A stretch of DNA of 59,041 nucleotides, the filler included, from Sluysia triapertura (taxonomy: Eukaryota): assembly GCA_046118255.1 (NCBI GenBank). It is 4 parts of 4 records of this genome, joined end to end, with 100 filler letters (N's around TTAATTAATTAA, not from the genome) between each part and the next. Parts side by side here need not be neighbours in the genome. Positions count along the whole stretch, not along the records: positions 1 to 12,459 come from JBJNIA010106983.1; positions 12,560 to 30,364 come from JBJNIA010185056.1; 2 more parts are not named here. One strand, given 5' to 3'. Positions 1 through 15,095 of this stretch are shown piece after piece. The notes beneath the pieces were generated by a model. The model searched no databases and was not told the DNA's origin. It was given only the letters and a program-made list of their open reading frames with translations. Position numbers and translations under genes: made by a program. Position 1 is the stretch's first letter, and every line of letters starts with the position of its first letter.

Positions 1-66
<66 letters not shown>
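1..66. repeat. (AAT)n microsatellite
   Basis: Perfect AAT tandem at window start. Confidence 0.97.
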
Positions 67-67
<1 letters not shown>

Positions 68-519
68 TATTGATTTCAGAATACATCAAAGTGCATTTAA
101 TATTTCTGAATTAAAAAGAACTTTTACATTAGTTTAAATATTTCATATTATAATAATTATTATTATCATTATCATTATTATTGCACATGATGACATGATG
201 GTGGTTCAAACCTATCATTTAAAATTTAACCAATCACAAATAAACAAAACATGACAAAATATTGCAAACCAACATAAAAAATTTCAAAAAACTTAAAAAT
301 AAACATAGTTTTAATAACAATGAAATTTCTCTAAAAACACTTTCTATTCTTCTTTCAATTGATGCCTCTTTGGCACCTTCGTTTTTCTTTGCCTTTACAC
401 TCAAAGATCTATTCTACGACAATTAGCTCTTCATGTTCTTGCACATACACACACTTTTGTCAATAAGAATAAGTTACCCACCAATATAGAAAAGCTGATA
501 AAATCTCTAATAAATTCAC

Positions 520-930
520 AAGATTGAAAAATGGTAAATATTTCTGATTATAAAGATTTTGTTAAACATGATGTAAATAAATCTGTTAATGTAGTTTGTG
601 GAGTCCACAAGGATAATATCTACTATAATGGTTTCTGCACAAATAATTCTTATGGTAGAAGGCGTTCAACTGAAAACGATAGTAACGATGTAAACCAATG
701 AAATGGACACCCAAATAGTTCAAAAATAAACTCGTTACCATTGCTCCTAAACGACCTCCATGTATCAAGGGTCTAATCACTTCATGTAATAAACACTGAA
801 ACACAAACAAATACAGACTTAATGATCCGAACGATGTGTAATATCTAAACAATCCTATCAATAACACAGGATATCCCGATGCAGTTGGGATCCTATTAGA
901 GGCGTGGCCTATTTTGTGATTCATGAACCT
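520..930 (-). pseudogene. Possible decayed rhodopsin-class GPCR fragment
   Basis: Across shifted frames: hydrophobic VLLIGLFRYYTSFGSLSLYLFVF (TM1-TM2-like), WFTSLLSFSVERLL (TM3/ERY-like) and TNYINRFIYIMFNKIF (TM7-like). Motif resemblance by eye only. Confidence 0.25.
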
Positions 931-2091
931 GACTCCAGCTTAAAGTAAGAAATTCTAATAACTGTACTTTACTGAAATTTTTCAACGAAGTAGTAAAGTT
1001 AGTTATGTATGATGTATGCGTGGATACAGAAATTGGAAGAAATTCCAGGCATTCTTAAAATAATACTAAACTTTAAAATTAAGCTTATAATTAATTACAA
1101 AAATAGACAAGAGAACAGTGCCTGAGAATCTTGATCATATGAGAATCATGGCTTTTTATAAGTCGCAGAAAGTATGTAATCATGATACACAAATATTTTC
1201 GACAAGATCGTAGTCTCAGTTATAATTTATATTAATAATCATTTAGAAAATCTTGAAATTGTTTCACATCCTCATTAATTAGTTATAAATTATTTCAAAA
1301 CCCATTATCATATAACTTCTAATATAGACTCTAAATATTCCAACTCTTCTTGTAACATATATATATATGCATATTTATTTCTTCGTCTTGCATGTCCACC
1401 ACGCCCAGAATATTCGTAAACAGTTTAGAAAGTATTGATTGTTGAAAAATAATTGAATTTTAAATCAATTGTTTAATTTCAAAGTGATATTTATTTTTCT
1501 TCAAAAGATGAATGATCATATTTTTTATAAAAACTAAATTGTTTTATTTTTCTAGTCACATTTTCCTGTTAAATTTCTTACTGATAAATTAGTAAAGTGT
1601 ACCCACATTTATGCGTAATGATATAAGTTTACGAATTAAATCATCTAAGATAAATATAGTTCGATAAACGATCATCGAAATTTTGGCATCTGACACCGAA
1701 GTTAATCATTGTATAATGCAAATTGTTATTGCATTCGAAAAAAATCAAAGCACAACTTCGTGCTCACCTTCGAATCAGTTTTGATATATATATATATATA
1801 TTCTAATTTTAGTAACATTACATTTTTCTAAATATAGACAATATTTAATAATGAAATCAAAAATAAAATGAATATTACATAGTGTGGGAACAAATAATTA
1901 TCATTATTAAGTAATTATCGTTATTACTATTGTTAAATATTTTAATTGTTAAATGGATTAGGTATATTTTATATGTTTTACAAATGGTTTATAATCGAAA
2001 GGATAAATTTCATTAAATGTTTTTACATGAATGCTGAGCATGAATTAACAAAAGAAAAACTTGGTTTAAAAATTTATGTTAAAATAAATTT

Positions 2092-5000
2092 GAGCAGGGT
2101 CCCATCACAGTAAACGACATACAACGACATATAACCAATGAAGATTCTCGAACATTCTCTTTTTTCGAAATTCACTTTCTTTATAGAAATCACATAATTT
2201 TAAAGTTTGCGATGACAACCTAACAAAACGCTAGCATTTAATTATATCATAAATACAAAGCTTTATCAATAACTAAATATTTATCCACAATTTTATTAGA
2301 GTACTTCAAAACTGTACATAATTTTATCAATTTTTGAAAAAAATTAAACCTTAAAACAAACTACTTTTTATTGTAATCAATAATAAAAAAGACTTAAACC
2401 TTTAATTTGCAGTATCCGCCAAATTTTATTATACATTGAAGTTTTAAATTATAAAATTATTTTATCAAATCATAATTATATTTAATAAACTGAGAAAACT
2501 AATGGATTTAGTAAATATTTGAACTCAAACATATTATTCAATATTTTTAAGATTTCACTTACTTTTCAAATGACTTTCAACACTCTCAAGCAACTCAATC
2601 AATTCTTTCTTTGACATATCTATTAATATAAATAATAATATAAAATAACTACTGAAATAAGTTTATAAGTAAATCATCATTACTAACTACATAAAATAAG
2701 GCAATTTTCAAACAAACAATAATAAACAATGCCTCATGTCTTTTGTTTATAAAAACTACACACATACATAAGTATGTGTTTGTATAAATAGACAATACAA
2801 AATTTTTGAAATTTATTGGTAGTTTATTTTTAGAAACAAAATAAACTCATTTACAATACAAATTACATGACATGTCAAAATGATTATAAAAATCATAATG
2901 AAGTTGATGTTTCATTTACTAATTAGATAAGATTGAAAAAATATGTTTTTATTAAAAATAAAACAATTATTAACTTTATTCAAATTAAAAAGGCCCTCTT
3001 TTTTATATTTATTGTTTCAATAAGAATTTTGTCTATTTTAAAATATTATATTGCAACTTTTCTTATTGTATTTAATAATTATTTACTATACTATAATTAT
3101 TATATTTTAATATTGCAATAATTATCATGTATATTTAGTGATTGCTAAAATATAAAAAAAATGATAAATTTTAATAAAAATATCATTAAAAAATCAATAA
3201 AAACAAAATTAAGTTATTTTGTTTAATAAAGTTACATGTTAGTTAATTTTAAGTGTGGCGAGTTTTCCATCACATGCTTTCTTTTATTTATCATCTTTCA
3301 AATTACGTACTTTTTAGTGCATTTTTTTCTCAATTTCAAAATTTCAGTTTCAGTTTGAATAATTATAAATGTTTTTTATTTTAATAAAACTTATTATGAA
3401 TTATTATTTTATTTTAAATTATAAAATCATCGAATATCAAAGTTAAGATATAATTAAAGTCCTTTTTTTATTCATTAAGTCTCATTAATTAAACAAATAA
3501 AACTAATTTGTGTCTTTAAATTTAATTATAATTTCTAATTTATAAATAATTATAATTTAATTTTATAATTTTATAATTACACAGTATTTTAATATGTTAA
3601 ATACAATATAAAAGTACAATTATGTTACACACACAGAGAGATTAAATTGACATTTTGAATTTTTAAATTATGAAAAGCATGAATCATTAGTAAATGTTAC
3701 AGAATGTGATTCGCAAAACATCTTTTTTATGTTTTTTATCGGATTTATAAAAGATGCAATATCATTTTTTTCCGGTTATTAATATGCTTGAATCAGAAAA
3801 GAACCGTTAGATAATGTTGAAGTATCAATCCAACAAATTCTCAGACGATAGCAAGGACAATATTTCATATACTTTGGACACTATCCACGAAAGAATATTA
3901 ATTTATCTTGTAAATAAATTTAGAAGGTAGAATTTGAAATAAAAGTAGACATCCAAACATCTGTCAGTGAGGATGCAAATGTCTCTAGTTGATGTTGAAT
4001 CACCAATTGTGTCGATATGGAGCACTTTAACAACACAAATATGATTCATTAACAAGTTAATTGCCACGCATCTCTTCGGACATATATGTAATTGGAGATC
4101 TTGATTTGTATAATCGAAAGAATGAAAAATTTGTAGAATTGGTACATCAATCCTACTGATGTATATCTCCCAATAAATTTCTAATAAACATTGCAAAGAA
4201 AATAGGTATTTAATTTATATTGTCCCGGAACATTTCCGTAGTTATTTTTTGATGAGTTTGCATGTTTGTACAAATTGGTAATATCCTGTAATCGTTTTCT
4301 TCAATTTTATGTTTGTAGATGCAAAAATTGTTTAGAAAAAAATTGAAAGATTTAAATCGTTTAATATTTACAAGAATTATTTCCTGCATGTATGTAAGTA
4401 ATTGTTCTAATTTTTCATGTTGCTATTTTTACTAAACTCTTTTTATTTGCTCTCTTCTCTTTATATTTTTGATAAAATAAATGACGAAAGATCACGAGTT
4501 CCAGCCCAATCAGTCCATCACTATCACGCATTATCGTCAAGGATGAAATTTATAGTTAATAACATTGCCTACTTTAAAAGCTTGTTATTTGGCATTGACT
4601 TAATATTTCACCGTTCTGTTATTTTGTTGCCTTCTTTTAAAAATTAATTTCGTTGGAAAAGAAACGATCGGAAATTTGCACTATTCTGAAGTATGAAAAA
4701 CTACAGCATCACAAACCTCGTACAATATTCCCAAATTTTTGTAAAGGTAACTTTGACACGGTCGCTTAGAATAAATAATGGCAAACTAAAAGCCATCGTT
4801 GATTGTCTAAGAATTATTTAAATTCTTTTTCATTTTCGAATTTCTGTGCTTTCCTTCAGTTTATTAAAGTTCTTGAGTTCTCGAATAATTTATTTTTTAC
4901 AATATAAGGACAATTACAATTTGAAAACAATGTAAAAATAAATTTTTAATAAACTATATAGTAATGATATTTTTAGAAAATTAAGCTAATTATATATTGT

Positions 5001-7563
5001 TTTTTGTTTTCACAACAATTATTAGCCAACTTCAACTAACCAATTTAATTTTATAATAATTTATAAAAATTTCACCAATTATAATTATAACTAAATTTGG
5101 ATCTCATTCTGTGGTTTCATAGCTAGTTAATTAATTATAAATATTACCATATTTTCTCTTAATTATAATTTATATTATAACGTGACCAGTAATTCTTTAT
5201 ACATGATGGATTCTTGCCTTCTTCTTGTTTATCTTGTTATTTAAGTGTTTCTGAGTGTTTTTAGTGTTCAATAAGATATTTTCTTGAGGTTTTCACACCT
5301 TTTCTTACATTGTCTTATGGTAAACTAAATTAATAGTAAGTTTTTTCCAACAAAGAAGCACTTAACCGACGAGTATTAAATGATACAGATGTATTAAATA
5401 TAAAGTTAATTTTTATATAAAATTTACACATATTATTAAACAAAACACACAATCAATTATAATTCAGCATCCAATGATTTTCTCATTCGATAATACAAAA
5501 ATGAAATAAAGTTTCAGTTTATCTAATAATGCTTAAAATTTTGATTGAACATTTGATTGTTTATTAAAAAACGATTTCATTGGTTACTGCAAAAAAATGA
5601 ATCATTGTTTATTGTATTTATTACATAATTAATATTATTGATAAAACTGACAAGGTTGAGAACTCATTCAAGTTCAAAATTAATATTGTGCTCATAAATC
5701 ATCGTATAGCAAAGCATTATTTCATTTAGTCTATATGAAATAGAATAAAATAATAATACTGTCAGCATCAATCATATTGATTTCAATTAATAAAACAAAA
5801 CATAATCTGAAAATCCAAACTTAATAAAATTTATTACTAAATTGATAAGAATCACATAAATCATTGTATAATTTTTTAATTTAATTTAAACATGTAATGA
5901 AACAAATTATTATGGATTTAATTTAATTAAATTTAATTAATTCATCTAATTGTCATTAAACTGTGACTAAAAAATAATACAGCCTTCTTTTCCTGAAATA
6001 ACTTTTGAGCTGCTTCTGAAACACTCAAACCATCCATTTGAAGCTTTAAAAGTATCCTTTCTCATTTCGTCAGATATAATGAAGGTTTTGAGTCTTTTCT
6101 CATGCACTAAGCTATCAATTTATAAAACCTTTTTTGCATCTTCATTTTTAAGAATTTTGTTTATAACTCCAATAGGCATGTTAAATTTCATTGGTAGATC
6201 TCTCTTGGAGAGTATAAAAACCCTTCATTTGATTTTTTGAATTCTATAACCTGAATTTTTTGGTCAATAGTGTAGCTTTTCATACTTTTTTTCCACTTTC
6301 ATTTAAGGGTTGAAGAATTTGAAGTAAATTTGAAGTAAAATTTAATATTAAAACAAAATGTTTTTTGAGTTTATTTAAATATATTCTTGAAGCGCTAAAT
6401 CCATTGTTTTCAAAAAATGTGGTCTTCGTTATGTAAACATCACACAATGTGCATGACAAAGAATATACAAGTTCGACATCCTTCGTTGTACCATCTTTGA
6501 ACAATTGTCTCGACTCAATACCAATAAACAATGATAACATCACTAATTTGGTCCAATCAAAATACGTAAATAATTTCTTGATTTCTTCTTTTCCCACTGT
6601 TTTCAGTTCACACTATGCTAACATCTTATTCTTGTCACAGTTCTCCGTGAATGTGAATATTGGCAAAATTGTATTTCAAAATACACTTCAAAGCAATCAC
6701 TGAAATGTTAATTAGACAGAATAAATATTTTACCCTTATTAAACAATACTCAAACTCAGTCAAAAGTGTTTTCAAATGGAAAAAATTGGCACAAATATCA
6801 CAAATTGGAATTTTATTGTCAATTTATATCATTAATATTGTAAAATATAAATATAATTCTGTTTTTATTCTTGTTTACATATGCTTTTAAAAATACTGCC
6901 CTTCCCAAAATCTTTTAATAATAATAATAATAATGATAATAATAATAATGATAATAATAATAATAATTCAAAATAATTCAAAAATGTCATAATAACACAT
7001 AAAATTATTTAAAACTATTTAAAACATTAAAAAATTAATCAAAATCATATAAAATATTTTAAAACCATTTATTAATCTTTAAAATTACTTAGAAAACAAT
7101 TATTTTCCAAAAATAGAAGAGAAGCTTGTAGAATAATTGTTAATTTTAGTAATTATCACAATTTCCAGCTATTCCTCGATCATTTTCTGGACAATATCAA
7201 TTTTTGGTAATTTATATATTTCTTAAAGGCGATACAAGTAAATTTCATATTGATTTATAAAGTTTTTAAGTCTCCGATATATTGAAAGTTAAAATTTACT
7301 CAAATTATATTAGTTATAGATTAAATGCTCACGCCGCTTCAATCTTTAAACTAATTATTTTTGTTCTCTCATTCTAGTACTTTAGTTATGTAAGATTTTT
7401 GTGTATTTTTGAATAAAATAATTAAGACTATTGAGCGATTATAAGACCTTGTACTATTAATTTGTTAGAAAGTGACATTATGTTTTAGGTGATTTGTTAA
7501 CTTATTAGTTACAGAAGCGCCAACGATATGTTGTAAGACGTTTACTGTAACCGGACCCTGCTC
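2092..7563. mobile_element. ~5.5 kb segment bounded by inverted repeats (putative TIR element, possibly MULE-like)
   Basis: GAGCAGGGTCCCATCACAGTAAACGACATACAAC (2092-2125) matches the reverse complement of 7530-7563 at 29/34. Flanking 9-mers aataaattt/aaaaatatt match at only 6/9. Confidence 0.5.
5985..6283 (-). mobile_element. pogo/Tigger (CENP-B-like) transposase N-terminal fragment
   Basis: MKSYTIDQKIQVIEF...LSKRDLPMKFNMPIGVINKILKN (psq-type HTH) and FKASNGWFECFR (CENP-B HTH motif); frameshifted. Confidence 0.75.
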
Positions 7564-8943
7564 AAAAATATTTTGACGTACGTTAAGAGTTAGAAGAACC
7601 ACAACAATAATAATATATTAAATTATATTATGCTAGTATCTAATTTAAAATAAGTACTCAAAATATTTCTGAAACAAAAAGAACTTTCTCACTTTCTTAA
7701 GTATTTCATAATCTTTCAATAATTTAGCATTCTCGATAGTTGATTGTATATTTTTTGTCAACTCGGAAAATTATTACATCTTAATGATACATTCACTTAG
7801 GCTTCCGAATTTTTTAATTAATGTTATAATAATAATTATTATTATAATTATAATGATAATAATAATAATGATAATAATAATAATAATAAATTTATATATT
7901 ATTTAAATTCATTAGAAATTTTGGGAGTTTTCATTTATTGACATTAAAAATGTGTTTTTTTTAATGTATTACCAAAACACCCACTAAAAACATTTACTAA
8001 GTTATTTGTTTATTTTTAATAGAATTTGAAATTTTTTTCGCAACTAGTAAATATTTATTAAATATTTTTAATTAAAAATTATATAAATATAAAGTTTTAA
8101 ATTTTAAAGTAGTAAACATTAATTATTATATTCTAAATAATAAAATCAATTATTTTTAGCATTATATATATATATATACTTCACTCTTGACACAGAAGGT
8201 TATTTTTTTGTTGTAGAAAATGAAATTCTAATTTCATCACAAAAAAAATTAATCCAATAAAAATTGAAGAAAATATAAAAGTATTTTTAAATGCCAATGA
8301 AAACAATGGAAATCGTTGCAATTTTTATATAATTTCAAGTAAATTGCTCTACTTTTTAAATATTTTCATTATGAACAAATAAGAAAATATCTGTAATTTG
8401 TTTTTGGCATTATTTATCAATATAAAGTGCCTTATTGGATAGTTAAAAATAGATAATAGTAGACAACCTTCAACACAATACACAGTACATAATTAAGTTT
8501 TCTTTTGCATTATTTCTATAAATATTAAATTTATTTAATTTGCAGATATCTCAAAGACGATTTAATATTTTCCATTTTCCTATCAGTATCACTTTCTTTT
8601 GTTTGTTTAAGATCGATATATTAATTTGAAAAGTGACATGCTTTGATTAGAAAGTTTTACCTAACTATTTCAGCAAATCGGTGCTACTTCAGTGTGCAGG
8701 TTACCAGGATCACTTGGTTTCTGATTTCTAAATATAAGTTGTATTCCATTTTGATAAAGAAAAATAAAAGTTCAAAATCAGTTACAAATCCTTCCACCGA
8801 TAAATGCACCTTCCGACATTTATAAATGACAAATCAACATTGAATAAGTTCTACCGAAAATGCATATTTTACAGAACAAGTTTATAATTTCAGTATAAAT
8901 TAGATAACTCTAATAAAAATTATATATATATGTAATTTTTATT

Positions 8944-10110
8944 TGTCCCAAAAGTAACCGAACCGCAAACTTAAATAAAAAGTAGATATCAAGAACCACA
9001 AATGTAATTTTTTCTTTTATGTCATTTTATGTTATCTTCGCTACTATTCATCTCCTTCTGTGAATGACTTTTGTTGCGTGATCTTATTGATTTTCTTCTG
9101 ACGTCATTGCTTGATTTTTGTTCAGCCTGCGCTTCTGGACCCTCATTATTAAAAATGAAACGAAGCACTTTAGATTTAAACGAACTTATCTTCGTTATTA
9201 AAAATTACTATGCAAGGACAATGTTAAGTCGACAATGTTCAATCTTGTATCCAAACTTGAAGTAACTGGAAGTGTGTCAGTTGCTTCTAAAGAAGGTCGT
9301 CCGAAAACAGTTCGTTCACCTGAAAACAGGGATATAGTGGCAGCTGCATTTCTTTATTCTTCTAAAAAAATCTATTCGCCAGGCATCGGAATAGCTGAAT
9401 ATTTCTCGAACTTCACTACACCTTATCGTCCATAACATTGATCTAAAACCGTACAGACCTCATCTTCTTCATGTCCTAAATGAGAATGACCATGGATAAA
9501 GGATTAGATTTTTGCGAGAATTTTGTACACTATTGTGAAGAATCACCAGATTTTCCAGAGTGAATATTATGGAGTGATGAAGCTTGCTTTAAACTGAATG
9601 GGAAGATACAATTGTGTTTATTGGAACAGTGAGAATCCCCATCGTATTACTGAAACGGAAGTCAATGTTCCTAGTTGGCCCATTCTTCTTTGAAGGAACT
9701 GTTAATGGTGAACGTTACTTTGATATGCTGAAGACTAAAGTTATTCCTATTGTTAATGAGTTCTCCCATTTTGATGAGCTTCATTTTCAACAAGATGGAG
9801 AACCTGAGCACTACACCAAATATGTTCGACAATTGCTTGATGAAACATTTCCTGGAACATTGGGCGCCTGATATTTTTCTGTGGGGAGTTTATGCTAAAA
9901 ATCCTAGGACAATTGATCAAATAAAACAAAGTATTCAGCACGAATGGAAGCAAATTTCAGAGGAAACTTACCAGAAAGTATGTTGCAGTGTTGTCAAAAG
10001 ATGTGCTTGTACTGAAGTTCTAGGTGGATATTTTGAACATTTGTAAATATTAAATATACCTATTAAATTTGATATTTAAGTTTGCGATTCGGTTACATTT
10101 GGGACATCAT
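8944..10110 (+). mobile_element. Decayed Tc1/mariner element, DD41D (rosa/Visitor)-type, copy 1
   Basis: TIRs tgtcccaaaagtaaccgaaccgcaaacttaaata / tatttaagtttgcgattcggttacatttgggaca; motifs GRPKTVRSPEN, ILWSDEACFKLNG, GPFFFEGTVNGERY, FQQDG, DIFLWG; frameshifts and deletions. Confidence 0.92.
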
Positions 10111-12384
10111 ATATATTTATAGTTATATAAACTATTCAGCCATTCAAAGTACAAATGCATATTTAGTGTAAAAATAGATACTATAATCATTAATCTTGAA
10201 TTGAATGAATTATTTTCTGCATTTACAATATGTTATAGTTTGATTGTGTAATTAATTTTAATTATTATATATTATAATAACTTAATATTATTTAATTTTA
10301 TTTTTTGGCAATAATAAAAATATTGATTGGTGACAATATATAAAGTGGGAATTAAATCGAAATACGATTGTGCATTTATGAAGATTAGTAATATTAATAG
10401 ATAATAATAAATATCGTGTATGTAGACATAGCAAGAGTAGTACTAATGGTATTAATAAACGCAGCACTAAGTAATAAAATATAAATAATAATAATCATAT
10501 TAAATGTACTTATGAAATTGTAAAAATATCAAAGTAATTGGCCAAATAACAAGAATTAACTATAGAGAAAATTGAATAACAGAGAATTATTATAGAGCAA
10601 ATCATTGGTTAAATCGTTGTTTTAAAAATGCACTTTGATATTTAAGTACTCGCTTATACGTTGACTCATTGTTAAAATGGGCATTTTGGACAATATGATT
10701 ATTCTTTACCATGATAACTTGGCACATTTTGTTTATACAATAATTATAAATTAAAAAAACACTCATTAAAAGATTTTAATTTTGTTTTTAATTTCATTTC
10801 AATTAATAAATTAAAAGTTGGATTAAGGTTTTTTCAGCTAAAATTAATAAATAAATTGAGATTAAAAAGTTGATTTAAACTCCAGTGATTTCATTTGACG
10901 AATAAATTCTAATAAGAATTGCTAATTATAGAACGAATATTGTCGAATTATAATCGACACTAGTGTAACGAATTGACATTATGAATAACAAATAAATATT
11001 TATAACAGTATATTAATTTTTTTAAATACACTATTAAAAACTGAGAAAAATGGTATTTTTATAAAATATTTTCTAATACAATTAGAAAATATCTTTTATT
11101 TAACTTTAATCATTCCATAAATGTAACATTTGTCTTGCCAACTCACTAAGTTGAAGTCTAGTGCCTGTTAGAATGGAGCCACTGTAATTAATTCTTTTAT
11201 ATTAATAAAAAGAATTAATATAAATTTCTATTATTAATTTTATTTGTCGTATATTTGCTCAAGATAAACATCCCATATTGTAGTAACACTAATAAAAATG
11301 TGTTTCTATGTCAAAACAGAGTCTTAAAAATCATCATTATCATAAAAGTGTAACATTATACCTTTTGTGTAACTAATATCTACAAACAAATTAAAAATTT
11401 GATTCTCCGCTTCTTTCACAAAAATAATATATTTACTTTGTTAATAAATCTTTGACAGCAACAGCAACAGTTACATTATTAACAAAAAAAAGAAAAATTT
11501 AACTTTTATTTATTTAATTTTGATTATCTGTATTGCCAATTAATATTTCATTGAGACATAATAATAGTCTATACAGAATCCACAGTGATAATAAGCTAGA
11601 TGATAGGTTGTATATCGTTTATGTTACAAGAGAATGTCAAATTATTGGAAGATTATGAAATATTTAAGAAAAAGACAAAGTTCTTTCTGTTTCGGAAATA
11701 TTATAGTAAATGATTTACTTTAAGCGCTTTTCAGTATGTACGCAGTAGATATATATATTATTATTACGCAATATATTATATTATTATTATCATTATTATT
11801 ATTATGTTTTATGTTTATAATGTTTTTTTAAAGTAAATAAAAAAATAAAATGATGGAAAGACTCAGTGAAAATAATAATAACGATGAAAAGAAAACACAT
11901 CATTATCTGAGAAAAAATTCATAATTCACTAAGAATTTGTAACAGTTACTATAACTCAATTAATCCTTTACTAAGTCTTTAAGTTTTATTTTTATTATTT
12001 TTGTTCAAATCAACTGTATATTAGAATTGATCAAGTTGTTTATTGTTTGCTTTTCTTCTTTAGGATAGATTCTATAGAAAATTATAATAGAACAAGTTTC
12101 ATGAAATTAAAATTTCATGGAAGTTGAAATAAACTTTCCCCAATTTATACTATTCGACTTTGAGATTGAAATAAATCTTAACCGAAATTCTAAACTACTT
12201 CATTATTACGTCATAACTTTTATAAAGAACTAATAAATTATAAAAATTTCCTGTTGAGTTCAATATTGTGAAAAATATGACTTAAATCAACTTCATTCAA
12301 TAATACACTCTAAATTATTTCACAAACATTACCAATTACTTCATATGTAACAATGGTCAAAGAGACTATTCATTCCCAACATTT

Positions 12385-12385
12385 A

Positions 12386-12459
<74 letters not shown>
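12385..12459. repeat. (CAT)n microsatellite at contig end
   Basis: Perfect CAT tandem running into the gap. Confidence 0.97.
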
Positions 12460-12559
12460 NNNNNNNNNNNNNNNNNNNNNNNNNNNNNNNNNNNNNNNNN
12501 NNNTTAATTAATTAANNNNNNNNNNNNNNNNNNNNNNNNNNNNNNNNNNNNNNNNNNNN
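12460..12559. other. Artificial contig-join spacer
   Basis: 44 N + TTAATTAATTAA (stops in all six frames) + 44 N. Confidence 0.97.
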
Positions 12560-13850
12560 ATGATTATTTTAAAATGATAATTTTTGAAATTATATTAACT
12601 TACTTAAAATAATCTATAATCCAAATAATGTATAATTATCTCCAAATTAATAAAATTAATGAATTATTTATCTCCAAATAGAATTAATGAAATTTAAAAT
12701 TAATGAATTATTAATAAATTATTCTGAACTAAATTGATAAAATAATACATAAATTTTATTGTGTTTATACCTACTTGTGTTTACATTATATAAATTTTGT
12801 ATTACACACACAAATTTGGCTGATTATTTTTGGATTAAATAATCGAATCAAATAATTTAATAAATGGATTTTAATAAGCTATCTATAAACGATAGCTGTT
12901 ATAGATTTGATTGAATTTAAGTAGGAGTTTAAAAATGCAGTTTTAAATACTGCGCGATCACCTATTAACAAAAACTAACGATATAATTAAAGGCACTGTC
13001 AAAGATTATTGTCTTGTAATGGAATTAGATCGCCACAAATTTGTCTCGTAAATGGAATTAGATTGTCACAAGTTAAATTGAAAAATATCTTAACGTAGAT
13101 TTGAGCTTCTGAAATTTGATGAGAAGATTTTAAACTGATTGTGAAGTCTCGTAAGTATTGTCTGTGAGAATATATATTGCAAAGCTATTAGTATTTATAT
13201 AAGGTCTAATGACCTTGATTTTTTAAAATTAAAACAACGAATAATTTTGATAAAATAATATTAATACATTTTATAAAATTTAGACAACAGTTTTAAATAA
13301 ATTTGATAAAATAATAAAGATAATGATTTTAACAATAATAACTATTAACAATTTAACGACTCACTTTAAATCTCCGTTTTTCAAATTTATCCACTTTAAA
13401 TTAATTTTCCAAAAAATCGATTAAAAACAAAATATTATTTAAAATATTGCTATTGATATATTGATTTAATCTTTAATATTTACAAAATTAATCATTAGAA
13501 ATATGTGTATTTACATAGTCCTTCAATGTGTGTATATTGATTTCATATTATTTACAATTTAAATATAAATGTTTCCTTTGCTTTTTTTAAAAAGAAGTTA
13601 AAATATATGCACTATAAGTAACACAAAACTAAATTGACAAGGAAATAATTACGCAGATTTATCTATGTATTTAAATTGAATAAAAATTTGTTAATTATTG
13701 TGAAAATGAAACTATAACAACTTTAGAGAAGCTATAAACAATTTTAGTAAAATGAAATTTTAATAACATATTTATTTGATCAATGTTCTATGTTATTTGA
13801 AGAATGTGACACTTATTAAATATAACAATAATTTTTGTTTTGTTTATTAG

Positions 13851-13913
13851 ATATCATTTGTAAATTGTTCTGAAATTGTTTGTGCTTCGAAAGTAAAAGT
13901 ACCATCTTCAACG
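13851..13913 (+). CDS. Exon of PH-domain gene (TECPR1-like)
   Basis: ttttgtttattag acceptor, 63 nt encoding ISFVNCSEIVCASKVKVPSST, gtaaat donor; joins the 17130 exon in phase 0. Confidence 0.5.
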
Positions 13914-13991
13914 GTAAATAGAGTTTGTGATACTTTGGTTATTATTCTTGATAGTTCTTCGAATTATAAAGCTAATGTATCTAAAAGTATG

Positions 13992-14009
13992 TTATTATTA
14001 TTATTATTA

Positions 14010-14056
<47 letters not shown>
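13992..14056. repeat. (TTA)n microsatellite
   Basis: Near-perfect TTA tandem. Confidence 0.95.
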
Positions 14057-14058
<2 letters not shown>

Positions 14059-14374
14059 CAAATAATCAAAATAACTAAAATTAAAATTAAAATAACTGCA
14101 GTTAAGTAACCATGGAAACATTAGAGGAGAATTTTTTAATGCAAATTTACTATAGAAACACTATATATAAGAAAACACTGTAACCAGATGAAAATATATG
14201 AAAATAACAATTGTTATCATGAAAAATATAGTACCTAAACTTTATATTAAAAAAAGAAACGTTGATTGGTAATAGGTAAATAGTAATAGAAATATTATTA
14301 AATAAATCTGTCAAAGATTTCAACAGGTAATTTTGGCAGGTGATATTAACAGATTTTGAAAGTATTTACAAGTG

Positions 14375-14678
14375 CCGTATTTTCTTGTGTATAATCCGTA
14401 CTTAATATATAGCCCGTAATATAAAAATCAACTTTTTTTAATCTAACCCGTACACATATATAATAAATAAACCATATAAAGTCTTTGATATCACCAAATA
14501 AATATAAATTTTAATTACAATTTAAAGGTTTCTCTTTAAATTATATTGGTTGTAGACAACATTAGATTCATTGGAAAATTAACATTTCTTTAGGATCAAT
14601 AAAATAAATTTCTAAATTATTGAAATATAACCTGCACCACAAAAATACACTTTTCAATATATAGGCGCGAAAATACGG
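14375..14678. mobile_element. Tc2/pogo-type MITE
   Basis: Ends CCGTATTTTCttgtgTATAa and TATAggcgcGAAAATACGG followed by TA; no coding capacity. Confidence 0.65.
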
Positions 14679-15032
14679 TAATTGTCGAAGATTTCACAAA
14701 TAATTTTTGGAGATTTTACTTTTGAGAATTCATAGAACCAAACTTTTTGATTAATTACGATTATTAGTGTTCACGTATTTAAACTACAGGATTTTCAATT
14801 ATCTATTATAACTTTTAAAATCCTTAAGCTTCATAAATTCAGTTTCTTTTCAAATTAAAATTCATTTGCGTTGGGTAATGTAAAATTACTTATTATAAAT
14901 CTAGTTATTTATTCAAGCACATTTTACTACCTTTTTATGCATTCACAAGTTTTTGCTTGCAATCCTATCCTAACCATCAAAAGACAAGCATTACGAATTC
15001 AAATATAAAGCACGACCAATCTAATATTTTAA

Positions 15033-15033
<1 letters not shown>

Positions 15034-15095
<62 letters not shown>
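15034..15095. repeat. (TTA)n microsatellite
   Basis: Perfect TTA tandem. Confidence 0.95.

Noticed and set aside
4085-4160. VIGDLDL as an APE endonuclease motif of a LINE
   Set aside because: Single short motif with no other APE or RT motifs nearby
12504-12515. TTAATTAATTAA as a biological motif
   Set aside because: Identical linker in all three gaps; assembly artefact
13927-14109. Poly-I/Y/N ORFs (also 18365-18571 and 34083-34328)
   Set aside because: Translations of TTA/AAT microsatellites
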